Both the position numbers and the translations under genes were made by a program. A stretch of DNA of 53,829 bases from an uncultured bacterium (GTDB lineage: Bacteria > Bacillota_I > Bacilli_A > RFN20 > CAG-826): contig CASFQR010000004.1 of NCBI GenBank assembly GCA_949297275.1, positions 1 to 53,829 of the forward strand, read 5' to 3'. Below, piece after piece: positions 19,910-29,722 of the stretch (within the stretch, counting starts at the first letter, position 1; each line of letters begins with the position of its first letter). The notes under the pieces were generated by a model that was not told where the DNA came from, ran no database searches, and saw nothing but the letters and a program-made list of their open reading frames with translations.

Positions 19910-20767
19910 ATGAGAAAAGTAAAAATTATCTGCGATTCAACAGCTGATTTAAATCCTGAACATTATAAGGAATATGATATTGAGGTTTTGCGATTAGAAG
20001 TTAATTTTGGAGAAGAATCCTTTTTAGATGGTGTTGATATTACTCCTGATCAAATTTATCAACGCGTCGCTGATAGTAAGGAAAATTTATTTCCAAAAAC
20101 CAGTGCAGTATCACCTTCTAGATTTGAAAATGTCTTTAAAAAATGGGTAGATCAAGGCTACGATGTTATTTACACCGGTATTGGTGGTAAGATGTCTACC
20201 TCCTATAAGACTGCTTGTATGGTTGCTAAAGATTTTGATAATCATGTTTTTGTTGTAGATAGTGAAAGTTTATCAACCGGAACCGGCCTTTTAGTGCTTA
20301 AAATGTGCAAATATCGCGACGAAGGGAAAAGCGCTGAAGAAATATTTAATTTAGTAAATGATTTAGTTAAAAACGTTAATGCTCAATTTGTTATCGATAA
20401 ATTAGATTATTTACATCGCGGTGGTCGTTGTAGTGGGGCAACAAAATTATTTGGTCACCTTTTATCCATTCACCCCAATATTAAAGTTGTTGATGGAGCG
20501 ATGATTGTTTATAAAAAACCACGCGGTAAATTTACTAAATGTTTAGATGTCTTAAATGAAGATTTAAAGAACGATTATCCAAATGTTGACACTGATCACA
20601 TTATGGTGACACATTCTGGTTGTAGTCGCGAAGATATTGATAAAGTTCGTCAACTTGTTAAAGATGTAATGGGCGATGATGTTAGTATTATGGAAACGCG
20701 CGCTGGATGCGTGGTCTCAAGCCACTGCGGACCAAACACGATTGGTATCTTATACATTAAGAAATAA
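19910..20767 (+). CDS. DegV-family fatty-acid-binding protein
   Basis: KIICDSTADL N-terminus and typical DegV length. AAGGAG RBS upstream of the ATG at 19910; the supplied ORF starts 15 nt earlier. Confidence 0.85.
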   Translation: MRKVKIICDSTADLNPEHYKEYDIEVLRLEVNFGEESFLDGVDITPDQIYQRVADSKENLFPKTSAVSPSRFENVFKKWVDQGYDVIYTGIGGKMSTSYKTACMVAKDFDNHVFVVDSESLSTGTGLLVLKMCKYRDEGKSAEEIFNLVNDLVKNVNAQFVIDKLDYLHRGGRCSGATKLFGHLLSIHPNIKVVDGAMIVYKKPRGKFTKCLDVLNEDLKNDYPNVDTDHIMVTHSGCSREDIDKVRQLVKDVMGDDVSIMETRAGCVVSSHCGPNTIGILYIKK

Positions 20768-21408
20768 TGGATTATTTAACCCTAATCAACAAAACACGAG
20801 AATCTTTTAATACTAGTAGGGTCAATTTAAGCAAAAACGAAATTAAATATTTAAGTGGGAGGAGTGATTTTCGCTCCTCCTTTATTGATCTATTTTCGCT
20901 CCGTTATTTTAAAAAGAAGAAATTAATCTTAGAGGGCAATATTTATTATAGTTATATTATTAGAATTTATCGCAGTAATTTAAATCAAGAAGACGCTATT
21001 TCGTCTTGGCTTATTTTTTCGCCAGAATCAATATTTGATTCTTCTCCCGAAATTTATCAAAAGATCAATGATAATATTCTTAAATTCATTGAGAACAAAG
21101 AAAATCAAAAGACTAATCGCAAACTATATAATGCCCTTACTTTAGAACTTAGTGAACCCCGTTATCTAGAATTAAGTGAAGACTTAAGCGAGGGACACTT
21201 AGTGTATTTATCCTTCGCGTATTTAAGAAAAAATCATTTACCAAACACCAAACTAGGCCTCAATTTAATTATTGCTAACAAGAAAATATCAGATGAGATT
21301 ATGTATCTGCCATTAGATTATTGCTTAGTGGAATATCGAAATAATTATTTAAAAAATTGTGAAATGCAAGAATTAAAATCTCCGCAAAAAGAAGATATTT
21401 CGCAATAA
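20767..21408 (+). CDS. Hypothetical protein (213 aa)
   Basis: Open frame with a TAATG-type overlap to the degV stop. No recognisable motif. Confidence 0.45.
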   Translation: MDYLTLINKTRESFNTSRVNLSKNEIKYLSGRSDFRSSFIDLFSLRYFKKKKLILEGNIYYSYIIRIYRSNLNQEDAISSWLIFSPESIFDSSPEIYQKINDNILKFIENKENQKTNRKLYNALTLELSEPRYLELSEDLSEGHLVYLSFAYLRKNHLPNTKLGLNLIIANKKISDEIMYLPLDYCLVEYRNNYLKNCEMQELKSPQKEDISQ

Positions 21409-21495
21409 ATATCCAGCAGAAACCTTATATTTTTATTCTTTAAAAATTGTTAGATTTATTAAGAAAAACTCTAAATTATTTTTATAAAATAAGGA

Positions 21496-21524
21496 TTGCT
21501 TATCTATCTAAACAATGATATATT
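21496..21524 (+). promoter_or_regulatory. Candidate promoter of rpmE
   Basis: TTGCTT, 17-nt spacer, TGaTATATT (extended -10), about 55 nt upstream of the rpmE ATG. The leader contains the hairpin ttggat-tagatt-atccaa. Confidence 0.45.
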
Positions 21525-21579
21525 TATCAAGCAAACTTTCTTTGGATTAGATTATCCAAGGCGGAAGGAGTTAAAAAAT

Positions 21580-21783
21580 ATGAAAAAAGGCATTCATCCA
21601 AAAACCCAAAAAGTAACCGTTACTTGTTTAACTTGCGGGACGACTTTTGAAACGAGTTCCACCCTTAAAGAAATCCGGGTTGATACTTGTTCAAATTGCC
21701 ATCCTTATTACACTGGTAAACAACGCTTTACCCAGGCTGATGGTCGCGTGGATCGCTTCAATAAAAAATACGGTCTTAAATAA
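21580..21783 (+). CDS. rpmE: 50S ribosomal protein L31 (zinc-binding type A)
   Basis: MKKGIHPK..., CLTCGTTFE...[21 protein letters not shown]. The supplied ORF start at 21496 is an in-frame upstream extension. Confidence 0.93.
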   Translation: MKKGIHPKTQKVTVTCLTCGTTFETSSTLKEIRVDTCSNCHPYYTGKQRFTQADGRVDRFNKKYGLK

Positions 21784-21802
21784 GCTAATAAAAATTATTG
21801 AG

Positions 21803-21830
21803 AAAAATCCCGTTGTGGATTTTTTTCTTT
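21803..21830 (+). terminator. Rho-independent terminator after rpmE
   Basis: aaaaatcc-cgttgt-ggattttt forms an 8-bp stem followed by a T-rich run. Confidence 0.6.
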
Positions 21831-21851
21831 TGGAGGTCTAAAATTATTTTT

Positions 21852-22817
21852 ATGAAAAACGCAATTAGATTAACTTCAATTTTATTCATTGCCTTAGTAA
21901 GTGTCTCTTCATGCACTTTTAAAACAAGCGAAGATAGTTCCTTAGTAGATTCGACTAGTGAATCAACAAATAATTCATCATCTTCTGGTGGTGGTGATAT
22001 CACCTCAGTTAGTCAAGACGATGCTCCTTGGGCTGATATTGCAAACGGGTATTACGCTGATATTAGTGATTCGACTGGCACTACTTTATTAGGAGAGATT
22101 CATGATTTGATTGTTGATACCCATAAAACATATACGAGTTATGGACAACTTCGTGGCGGTTCTTCTGGCGATTTAATTGATATTGATTACGATCCTGATG
22201 ATCCAAGTCGCTTATATATGTTCTATAGCCATGCTTCAATCACCAACATGTGGGATAGTGGCAATACTTATAACCGCGAACATGTTTGGCCAAAAAGTTT
22301 AAGTAGTGGCCTATGGGACGAAAGCAATGGTGGCTCAGATATGCATCATATTCGACCAACCTTTAATCCTATTAATAGTAATCGCGGCAATAAATTATTT
22401 GGTGAATTAACTAGTGGTTCCGAATCTTCTTATACTTATGAAGGTGTTAAATATGTTGGTGGCACCTATAGTAATAGCTTAAATCTCTTTGAACCAATGG
22501 ACTTTGCTAAAGGCGACTGCGCGCGCATAATTATGTACATGTTCGTGCATTATAATACTCCAAGTGGCTTAGGCCGAAATAATTTAGAAACCGCTAGTCA
22601 AATCGGTACATTATCATCAAGAGGCTCTGGCAATTTGCCTATCACTAATGTCATCGATGGTTCTAAACAAGAAGCTTTTGAATTATTACTTTCTTGGCAT
22701 GAATTAGATCCAGTATCGGAAGAAGAAATTAATCGTAATAACGGAGCGTATTCATATCAAAGAAACCGTAATCCATTTATCGACTATCCTGAATTTGCTG
22801 AATTAATTTGGGGTTAA
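21852..22817 (+). CDS. Endonuclease I-family extracellular nuclease lipoprotein
   Basis: Lipobox LVSVSSC. NREHVWPKS, DMHHIRPTFNPINSNRGNKLF and NRNPFIDYPE are endonuclease-1 family motifs. GGAGG RBS at 21832. Confidence 0.8.
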   Translation: MKNAIRLTSILFIALVSVSSCTFKTSEDSSLVDSTSESTNNSSSSGGGDITSVSQDDAPWADIANGYYADISDSTGTTLLGEIHDLIVDTHKTYTSYGQLRGGSSGDLIDIDYDPDDPSRLYMFYSHASITNMWDSGNTYNREHVWPKSLSSGLWDESNGGSDMHHIRPTFNPINSNRGNKLFGELTSGSESSYTYEGVKYVGGTYSNSLNLFEPMDFAKGDCARIIMYMFVHYNTPSGLGRNNLETASQIGTLSSRGSGNLPITNVIDGSKQEAFELLLSWHELDPVSEEEINRNNGAYSYQRNRNPFIDYPEFAELIWG

Positions 22818-22819
22818 TT

Positions 22820-24403
22820 ATGAAAAAGAAATTTTATATTACAACCCCTATCTATTATCCGAGTGCGAACGCCCATATTGGTCATGCTTATTGCACGACA
22901 ATGTGCGATATTTTCGCGCGCAATAAAAGAATTAGGGGCTATGAAACATATTTTTTAACGGGAACGGATGAACACGGCGAAAAAATCCAAAAGAACGCCG
23001 AAAAAGTTAATAAGACACCCCAACAATTTGTTGATGAAATTGCTAATAATTTTAAGAATTTATGGCAAGCGCTTCGTATATCTAATGACGATTTTATTCG
23101 GACGACTGAAGACCGCCATATCAAAGTCGTGCAACAAATTTTTTCTTACCTTTATCATAACGGCGATATTTATTTAGGTAATTATGAAGGTTGGTATTGT
23201 ACACCTTGTGAATCGTTTTGGACGGAAACGCAAGTAGGGGAAGATCATCTCTGTCCTGATTGTCATCGTCCTGTTCATAAAGCCCAAGAAGAAGCTTATT
23301 TCTTTAATACCAAAAAATATTTACCTGCCTTACTTCAATATATGGATGAGCATCCTAAATTCGTTACGCCCATTACGCGTAAAAACGAGATGATGAACAC
23401 CTTTATTAAGCCAGGGCTAGAAGACTTATGTATTTCACGCACATCCTTTGATTGGGGTGTACCAATTTTAGAAAACCCCAAACATGTGACCTATGTGTGG
23501 ATGGATGCTTTAACTAATTATATCAGTGCATTAGGCTACCTAAGCGAAGACGACACTTTATTCAAGAAATTTTGGTTAGATGAAGAAACCGAAATTATTC
23601 ATGTTGTCGGCGCAGATATTTCTCGCTTCCACATTATCTATTGGCCAATGTTCTTAAAAGGACTTAATTTAAGATTTCCTGACCGCATCTTTGTGCATGG
23701 TTTATTAGATTTAAATGGCGAGAAGATGTCTAAATCGCGCGGGAATGTTGTTTCTCCCTTGCCACTTATTGAGCGATATGGCGTTGATGCTTTAAGGTGG
23801 TTTTTAGCTAGAGAATTCTCCTTTGGCTCAGATGGCCGCTTTAGCCCAGAATTATTTGTGGAAAGAATCAATTTAGATTTAGCAAATAATCTAGGTAATT
23901 TAGTTAATCGTACTTTAACAATGATTAATAAATATTTTGAAGGAATTATTCCTTCTCATAATCAAAATATGAGTGATTTAGATAAAAATCTTAGGGATTT
24001 GCTGGTGAAAACGGTTGATGAATATGAAGCCTTAATGGATGATTTAAAGATTACTGAAAGCTTAGCTAAGGTAACGGAACTTCTAGGGGCCGCGAATAAA
24101 TTTATCGAAGAAAGCGAACCTTGGAATTTAGCAAAATCTAATAATATTGTTGGCTTAGAAAATGTTATGGCATCACTAGCTAATGTCATTATTAATGGTA
24201 CGATGATGCTAGAATGTTGTTTGGTTGAAACTGCCCCTAAAATTTATCAGCAGTTTGGTTTAAATGTCGAGCAACATTCCTATAAATTTGTAAAAGATTT
24301 TAATCACTTAGCAGGGGTTAAAATCAATAAAGGCGATCCGCTTTTTCCGCGCTTAAAAAAGGACGAAGAAGTTGCTTTTATTAATTCAATTAGTCAACAT
24401 TAA
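22820..24403 (+). CDS. metG: Methionyl-tRNA synthetase (short form, no C-terminal tRNA-binding domain)
   Basis: HIGH motif ANAHIGHAY, KMSKS motif EKMSKSRGN, and zinc knuckle CTPCE...CPDCHRPV. Confidence 0.95.
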   Translation: MKKKFYITTPIYYPSANAHIGHAYCTTMCDIFARNKRIRGYETYFLTGTDEHGEKIQKNAEKVNKTPQQFVDEIANNFKNLWQALRISNDDFIRTTEDRHIKVVQQIFSYLYHNGDIYLGNYEGWYCTPCESFWTETQVGEDHLCPDCHRPVHKAQEEAYFFNTKKYLPALLQYMDEHPKFVTPITRKNEMMNTFIKPGLEDLCISRTSFDWGVPILENPKHVTYVWMDALTNYISALGYLSEDDTLFKKFWLDEETEIIHVVGADISRFHIIYWPMFLKGLNLRFPDRIFVHGLLDLNGEKMSKSRGNVVSPLPLIERYGVDALRWFLAREFSFGSDGRFSPELFVERINLDLANNLGNLVNRTLTMINKYFEGIIPSHNQNMSDLDKNLRDLLVKTVDEYEALMDDLKITESLAKVTELLGAANKFIEESEPWNLAKSNNIVGLENVMASLANVIINGTMMLECCLVETAPKIYQQFGLNVEQHSYKFVKDFNHLAGVKINKGDPLFPRLKKDEEVAFINSISQH

Positions 24404-24469
24404 TAAAAATGTAAGCGTTATCAGTAAAAAAATATAGTATATTTTATTTTTTGGTGTTATCTTATATGT

Positions 24470-24484
24470 GTCAACATAGTTGAC
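24470..24484 (+). promoter_or_regulatory. Perfect inverted repeat GTCAAC-ATA-GTTGAC immediately upstream of the rex RBS
   Basis: 6-3-6 palindrome seen directly in the sequence. It overlaps the TTG that opens the supplied ORF and is followed by GGAGG and the ATG at 24498. Confidence 0.35.
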
Positions 24485-24497
24485 GATGGAGGAAAAA

Positions 24498-25142
24498 ATG
24501 CAAAGCAACATTTCTAAGCGACAACTTGAACGCTACCCGATGTACTTAAATCATTTATTTGGTTTAAAGGAAAGCGGTGAAGTGATGACTAGCGCACCCA
24601 AAATTGCTCGCGCCTTAGGGTTGAATGTCGAACAAGTTCGCAAAGATTTACAAGCAATCTCTTCAAAAGTTGGTCGTCCCAAATTTGGTCGCGAAATCGA
24701 TGAATTGATTGCTGATTTAAAAGCCTTCCTAGGTTATAATTCGTCTAGTCAGGCAATTGTTGTTGGTGTTGGCCACCTAGGCCAAGCATTTATGAATTTT
24801 AAAGGTTTCAATAACTATGGACTCGATATTGTGATGGGTTTTGATAGCAATCCAAACTTATTTGGAAAGTTAATCAATAATAAACCTGTCTATAATATCG
24901 ATGACATGTCGTCTATACTTGCAAAGCACAATATTAAAATTGCGATTCTTACTACTCCGCTTAAAGTAGCACAAGAAGTGAGTAATCTTTTAATTAATTG
25001 TGGAATTAAAGGCATCTGGAATTTTACCGGTGCTTTTATTTATGCGCATAGCGGCGTAGTTATTGAAGATATGAATTTAGCGAGCTCACTCGCAAAATTT
25101 TCTCATCGTTTACAATTATTAAAAGAAAAGGAGAATTGTTAA
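24498..25142 (+). CDS. rex: Redox-sensing (NADH/NAD+) transcriptional repressor Rex
   Basis: Winged-helix N-terminus (RQLERYPMYLNHL) and Rossmann VVGVGHLGQAF...KIAILTTP. GGAGG RBS 5 nt upstream of the ATG at 24498. Confidence 0.88.
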   Translation: MQSNISKRQLERYPMYLNHLFGLKESGEVMTSAPKIARALGLNVEQVRKDLQAISSKVGRPKFGREIDELIADLKAFLGYNSSSQAIVVGVGHLGQAFMNFKGFNNYGLDIVMGFDSNPNLFGKLINNKPVYNIDDMSSILAKHNIKIAILTTPLKVAQEVSNLLINCGIKGIWNFTGAFIYAHSGVVIEDMNLASSLAKFSHRLQLLKEKENC

Positions 25143-27761
25143 ATGCAAGGACAAATAGTTTCGATTGATGCTTTTGAAGAAGTTGATCGTCTAGTAAAAA
25201 ATGGTCAAAAAGCCCTTGAAGAATTTTTGAAACTAAATCAAGAACAAGTCGACTATATCGTCGCGAAATGTTCAGTTGCTGGTCTAGATAACCACGGTCG
25301 TTTAGCGCGCGCCGCTATTGATGAAACTAAGCGTGGTATTTTTGAAGACAAGGCAACAAAAAATTTATTTGCCTGCGAATATGTCGTCAATAATATGCGA
25401 CATCTTAAAACCGTAGGTATTATTAAAGATGATCCAGTAACTGGTATCACGGAAATCGCTGATCCGATGGGTGTAATTTGTGGTATTACTCCAGTTACTA
25501 ACCCAACTAGTACAGTTATTTTTAAGTGTCTAATTGCCTTAAAAACTCGTAATCCAATTATTTTCTCATTCCACCCAAGCGCGCATCAATGTTCAAAGAT
25601 GGCTGCTCAAATTATGCTTGATACAGCAGTCGCTGCTGGGGCACCAAAAAATTGTATTCAATGGATTGAACAAATTTCAATGGATGCGACAACCGCTTTA
25701 ATGAATCATACAGGCGTAGCAACTATCTTGGCTACTGGTGGTAATTCAATGGTAAAAGCTGCCTATAGTTGTGGTAAACCTGCGATGGGTGTTGGGGCTG
25801 GTAATGTTCCAGCTTACATCAATAAAAGCGCGAATGTTGAACAAGCAGTTAATGATATTGTTTCTTCAAAAGCCTTCGATAATGGGATGGTCTGTGCGAG
25901 TGAACAATCAGTGATTATTGATGAAGATATTTATGATGAAGCAATTGAAATATTTAAAAGATTTAAAGTTTATTTTGCTACTCCAGCCGAAAAGACCAAA
26001 CTTGAAAAATATATGTTCGGTTTTGCTAAAGGCGATAAAAATATTGAATTATCACGCTTAAATCCTAAAGTCGTTGGGATGTCGGCTTCTTTTATTGCTG
26101 AACAAGCTGGCTTTAAAGTTCCTGAAGATACTTGCATTATTGCTGTTAAATGTCAAAGCGTTGGTGTTGAAGAACCGCTTTCTAGAGAAAAACTTTCACC
26201 AGTTTTAGCTGTTTATAAAGTTAAAAACGATAAAGAAGGCTTTGAAGTTGCTAGCAAATGTGTGGAATTTAATGGTTTAGGTCATAGCGCAGCTATCCAC
26301 TGTAAAGAGCAAGCAATGGCGGATGCCTATGGTGAAAAATGTAAAGCCATGCGTATTATTTGGAATTCGCCTTCCACCTTTGGTGGCATTGGTAATATTT
26401 ACAATTCATTCTTGCCATCAATGACGCTTGGTTGTGGCTCTTATGGTCGCAACTCAATTGGTGGAAATGTCAGTGCGATCAATTTATTAAATATTAAAAG
26501 AGTTGGTAAAAGGAGAAATACTATGCAATGGTTTAAAGTTCCACGCAAGATTTATTTTGAACGCAATTCCATTCAATATTTACAATCTTGTCGCGATATC
26601 GATAAAGTCTTTATTGTCACCGACCGTTCGATGGTTGATTTTGGTTATGTTAATCGCGTGACTGATCAACTTAATATGCGTCGCAACAAAGTGCAAATTC
26701 AATTATTCTGCGATGTTGAACCAGATCCAGATATTGAAACAGTTCGTCGCGGTGTGAAATTAATGGAAGCCTTCCGCCCAGACACAATTATTGCTATTGG
26801 TGGTGGTTCACCAATGGATGCGGCTAAAGGCATGTGGTTATTCTATGAACACCCTGAAGTTAATTTTGATGATTTAAAACAAAAATTCATGGATATTCGT
26901 AAACGTGCTTTCAAATATCCTGAACTTGGCATTAAATCAAAATTAATTTGTATCCCAACTACTTCTGGTACTGGTTCAGAAGTTACGCCGTTTGCGGTTA
27001 TTTCCGATAAGAAAAATAATAAGAAATATCCATTAACTGACTATTCTTTAACCCCAACCGTTGCGATTGTTGATCCTGAATTTGTTACTACCTTACCTCC
27101 TAAACCAACCGCGATGACCGGGATGGATGTTTTAACCCACGCGATTGAAGCTTATGCCTCGGTGTTAGCAAATGATTACACTGATGGTTTAGCTCTTCAA
27201 GCCATTAAATTAGTCTTTGAATATTTACCGCGTTGCGTTAAAGATGGTCCACATGATTTAGAAGCGCGTGAAAAGATGCATAATGCTGCGACAATTGCTG
27301 GGATGGCGTTCGCGAATGCTTTCTTAGGTATGGCGCATGCTTTAGCCCATAAGATTGGGGCAGAATTCCATACTGTTCACGGTTATACATGTTCAATTGT
27401 TCTCCCTTATGTCATTAGATATAATGGCCAAGTACCTACCAAATTATCAGTTTGGCCAAAATATAATGTCTATAAGGCTGATAAGAAATATCAAGAAATT
27501 GCTAAATTATTAGGCTTACCCGCTGCTACTCCAGAAGAAGGCACCGAATCTTTAGCAAAAGCTGTTAAAGATTTAGCGGTCGAAATTGGCCTTGAAACCA
27601 GCTTTGAAAAACTTGGTATTGCCGAAAAAGATTGGAACGCTAAGGTGGAAGAGATGGCCGTCTTAGCCTATGAAGATCAATGCTCACCCGCTAACCCAAG
27701 AGTTCCTCTTGTTAAAGATATGATTGAAATTTTAAGAAAGGCTTACAAAGGTATCGATTAA
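25143..27761 (+). CDS. adhE: Bifunctional acetaldehyde-CoA / alcohol dehydrogenase
   Basis: 872 aa. N-terminal ALDH domain (catalytic FDNGMVCASEQS), linker, and C-terminal Fe-ADH domain (GGGSPMDAAK, HAIEAY, HKIGAEFH). The start follows the rex stop directly. Confidence 0.96.
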   Translation: MQGQIVSIDAFEEVDRLVKNGQKALEEFLKLNQEQVDYIVAKCSVAGLDNHGRLARAAIDETKRGIFEDKATKNLFACEYVVNNMRHLKTVGIIKDDPVTGITEIADPMGVICGITPVTNPTSTVIFKCLIALKTRNPIIFSFHPSAHQCSKMAAQIMLDTAVAAGAPKNCIQWIEQISMDATTALMNHTGVATILATGGNSMVKAAYSCGKPAMGVGAGNVPAYINKSANVEQAVNDIVSSKAFDNGMVCASEQSVIIDEDIYDEAIEIFKRFKVYFATPAEKTKLEKYMFGFAKGDKNIELSRLNPKVVGMSASFIAEQAGFKVPEDTCIIAVKCQSVGVEEPLSREKLSPVLAVYKVKNDKEGFEVASKCVEFNGLGHSAAIHCKEQAMADAYGEKCKAMRIIWNSPSTFGGIGNIYNSFLPSMTLGCGSYGRNSIGGNVSAINLLNIKRVGKRRNTMQWFKVPRKIYFERNSIQYLQSCRDIDKVFIVTDRSMVDFGYVNRVTDQLNMRRNKVQIQLFCDVEPDPDIETVRRGVKLMEAFRPDTIIAIGGGSPMDAAKGMWLFYEHPEVNFDDLKQKFMDIRKRAFKYPELGIKSKLICIPTTSGTGSEVTPFAVISDKKNNKKYPLTDYSLTPTVAIVDPEFVTTLPPKPTAMTGMDVLTHAIEAYASVLANDYTDGLALQAIKLVFEYLPRCVKDGPHDLEAREKMHNAATIAGMAFANAFLGMAHALAHKIGAEFHTVHGYTCSIVLPYVIRYNGQVPTKLSVWPKYNVYKADKKYQEIAKLLGLPAATPEEGTESLAKAVKDLAVEIGLETSFEKLGIAEKDWNAKVEEMAVLAYEDQCSPANPRVPLVKDMIEILRKAYKGID

Positions 27762-28009
27762 TGACAGTTTTAGTTTGTGTTGGTAGTTCATGTCACCTCA
27801 AAGGTAGTCATGACATTATTGATTTAATGAAAAAGGCAATTGCCGATCATCATTTAGAAGAAAAAGTTACTTTAAAAGCAACCTTCTGCTTAGGTAAATG
27901 CGCTGTTAGTGGTGTTTGCATTAAAGTTGATGATGAAATTATCACAGGTGTGACTAAAAATAACTTCGATGAAGTATTTAAAGCCAACATCTTAGACAAA
28001 TTAAACTAA
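27761..28009 (+). CDS. Thioredoxin-like [2Fe-2S] ferredoxin (NuoE/HydC-like fold, 82 aa)
   Basis: Four Cys in the pattern CVGSSCHLKG...CLGKCAVSGVC. TAATG overlap with the adhE stop. Confidence 0.7.
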   Translation: MTVLVCVGSSCHLKGSHDIIDLMKKAIADHHLEEKVTLKATFCLGKCAVSGVCIKVDDEIITGVTKNNFDEVFKANILDKLN

Positions 28010-28033
28010 TTTAATTTTAATTAGGAGGCCACT

Positions 28034-29722
28034 ATGATTTACGCTTTAGAAAGTCGCAAAAACGATTGTCGCAATTGCTATAAATGCATCCGCGGTTGTC
28101 CAGTTAAATCAATTTCCTTTAGTGATAATCAAGCTAGTATTATTCACGATGATTGTGTGCTTTGTGGACATTGTTACTTACTTTGCCCACAATCTTGTAA
28201 AGAAATTCGTAACGATGTTAATCGCGTTAAAACGCTTCTTCGTAGTGGCAAAAAAGTAATTGTATCGCTCGCCCCGAGTTATGTTTCGGCCTATTTAAAT
28301 GTTTCTTTTGATGAATTAAGAGAAAACTTAATTAAATTAGGCTTTTATGATGTCGAAGAAACCGCTATCGGGGCGACGATTGTAAAAAAAGTCTATGACG
28401 ATATGGTTAATAATAATGATCGCGATGTCATTATTTCGACTTGTTGCCATAGTGTTAATTTACTCGTTCAAAAGCATTATCCTGATTTGATTCCTTGCCT
28501 TGCTGATGTGCTTTCACCAATGCTCGCGCATGGTAAAGATATCAAAGAAAGATATCCAGATGCTTTTGTTGTGTTTGTTGGTCCTTGCATTGCAAAAAAA
28601 GACGAAGTTGATAATGATAAAAATCATTATGTGGATGTCGCCTTAACCTTCATTGAATTAAACGAATGGTTAAAGGGTGAACGCCTTGAATTACAAGAAG
28701 ATGGTGGTACGAAAGAGATTACTAAATCGAAAGCTCGTCTTTTCCCCACGACAGGTGGCATTTTAAATACCATGCAAAAGAACAATTCAGAATATGATTA
28801 TTTGGCAATTGATGGGATGGCTAATGTTATGGAAGCCTTAGAAGATATTCGTCAAGGCAAGGTTCATCATTGCTTTATTGAAATGAGTTCATGTGCGGGA
28901 TCTTGCATCAACGGACCAGCGATTGAAGGTAATGCTCGCTCGTTATTAACTGGCTATTTAAAAGTTCATAAAGCAGCTGGTAAAGAAGACTTTACTGTCA
29001 AAGAAAATGTTTATCAAGATATTAAAACACAATTTAGTTCCACCGGTGTTTCTAAAGCGCGTCCTAGCGATATTGATATTCAAAAAGAATTGCTAGAAAT
29101 GGGTAAATACACTAAACAAGATGAATTAAATTGTGGTTCTTGTGGTTATGATTCTTGTCGCGATAAAGCTATTGCTATTTTAGAAGGTAAAGCCGTGAAA
29201 GAAATGTGCTTACCATTCTTAATGCAAAAGGCCCAAAGTTTCTCTGATAAAGTTATCTTTAATGTACCAAATGGTCTAATGGCCCTAGATGAAAATTTAA
29301 ATATTCAATTAATTAATCCTGCAATGCGAAAGATTGTAGGCGTAACGCATGCGCGTGAAGTAATCGGTAAGAATGTTTCAACTATTCTTGATCCCGGCGT
29401 CTTTGCGATGGCATTAGCAGGCGAGCAAATTCATAATCGTCGCGAATATTTATCGGAATATGATAAATATGTCGAAGCGACCGTTGTTTTTGATGAAAAA
29501 TATCATGTTATTATTTCTATTTTCCGCGACATTAGCGACGAGCAAAAGAAAGTCTTAAAGAAAGAAGAATTCGTCAATAAATCAGTTGATATTGCCGACG
29601 CGATAATTGAAAAGAACATGCGCGTTGTTCAAGAAATTGCTTCCTTACTTGGCGAAAGCGCGGCGGAAACTAAAATCGCTCTCTCTTCATTAAAGGATAC
29701 AATTAAAAATGATGGTGAGTAA
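28034..29722 (+). CDS. hydS: Sensory-type [FeFe]-hydrogenase HydS (group C): 2x[4Fe-4S], H-domain, 4-Cys FeS domain, PAS
   Basis: CRNCYKCIRGCP and CVLCGHCYLLCP. Variant H-cluster motifs STCCHSV, GPCIAKKDE and EMSSCAGSCINGP. CGSCGYDSCRDKA...C module. C-terminal PAS (NGLMALDENLNIQLINPAMRKIVG...). AGGAGG RBS. Confidence 0.85.
   Translation: MIYALESRKNDCRNCYKCIRGCPVKSISFSDNQASIIHDDCVLCGHCYLLCPQSCKEIRNDVNRVKTLLRSGKKVIVSLAPSYVSAYLNVSFDELRENLIKLGFYDVEETAIGATIVKKVYDDMVNNNDRDVIISTCCHSVNLLVQKHYPDLIPCLADVLSPMLAHGKDIKERYPDAFVVFVGPCIAKKDEVDNDKNHYVDVALTFIELNEWLKGERLELQEDGGTKEITKSKARLFPTTGGILNTMQKNNSEYDYLAIDGMANVMEALEDIRQGKVHHCFIEMSSCAGSCINGPAIEGNARSLLTGYLKVHKAAGKEDFTVKENVYQDIKTQFSSTGVSKARPSDIDIQKELLEMGKYTKQDELNCGSCGYDSCRDKAIAILEGKAVKEMCLPFLMQKAQSFSDKVIFNVPNGLMALDENLNIQLINPAMRKIVGVTHAREVIGKNVSTILDPGVFAMALAGEQIHNRREYLSEYDKYVEATVVFDEKYHVIISIFRDISDEQKKVLKKEEFVNKSVDIADAIIEKNMRVVQEIASLLGESAAETKIALSSLKDTIKNDGE

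Noticed and set aside
24404-24500. Canonical Rex operator (TTGTGAA-N4-TTCACAA) upstream of rex-adhE
   Set aside because: No match to the consensus as I remember it. Only the divergent GTCAAC-ATA-GTTGAC palindrome is present, and it is reported separately as an unassigned operator-like site.
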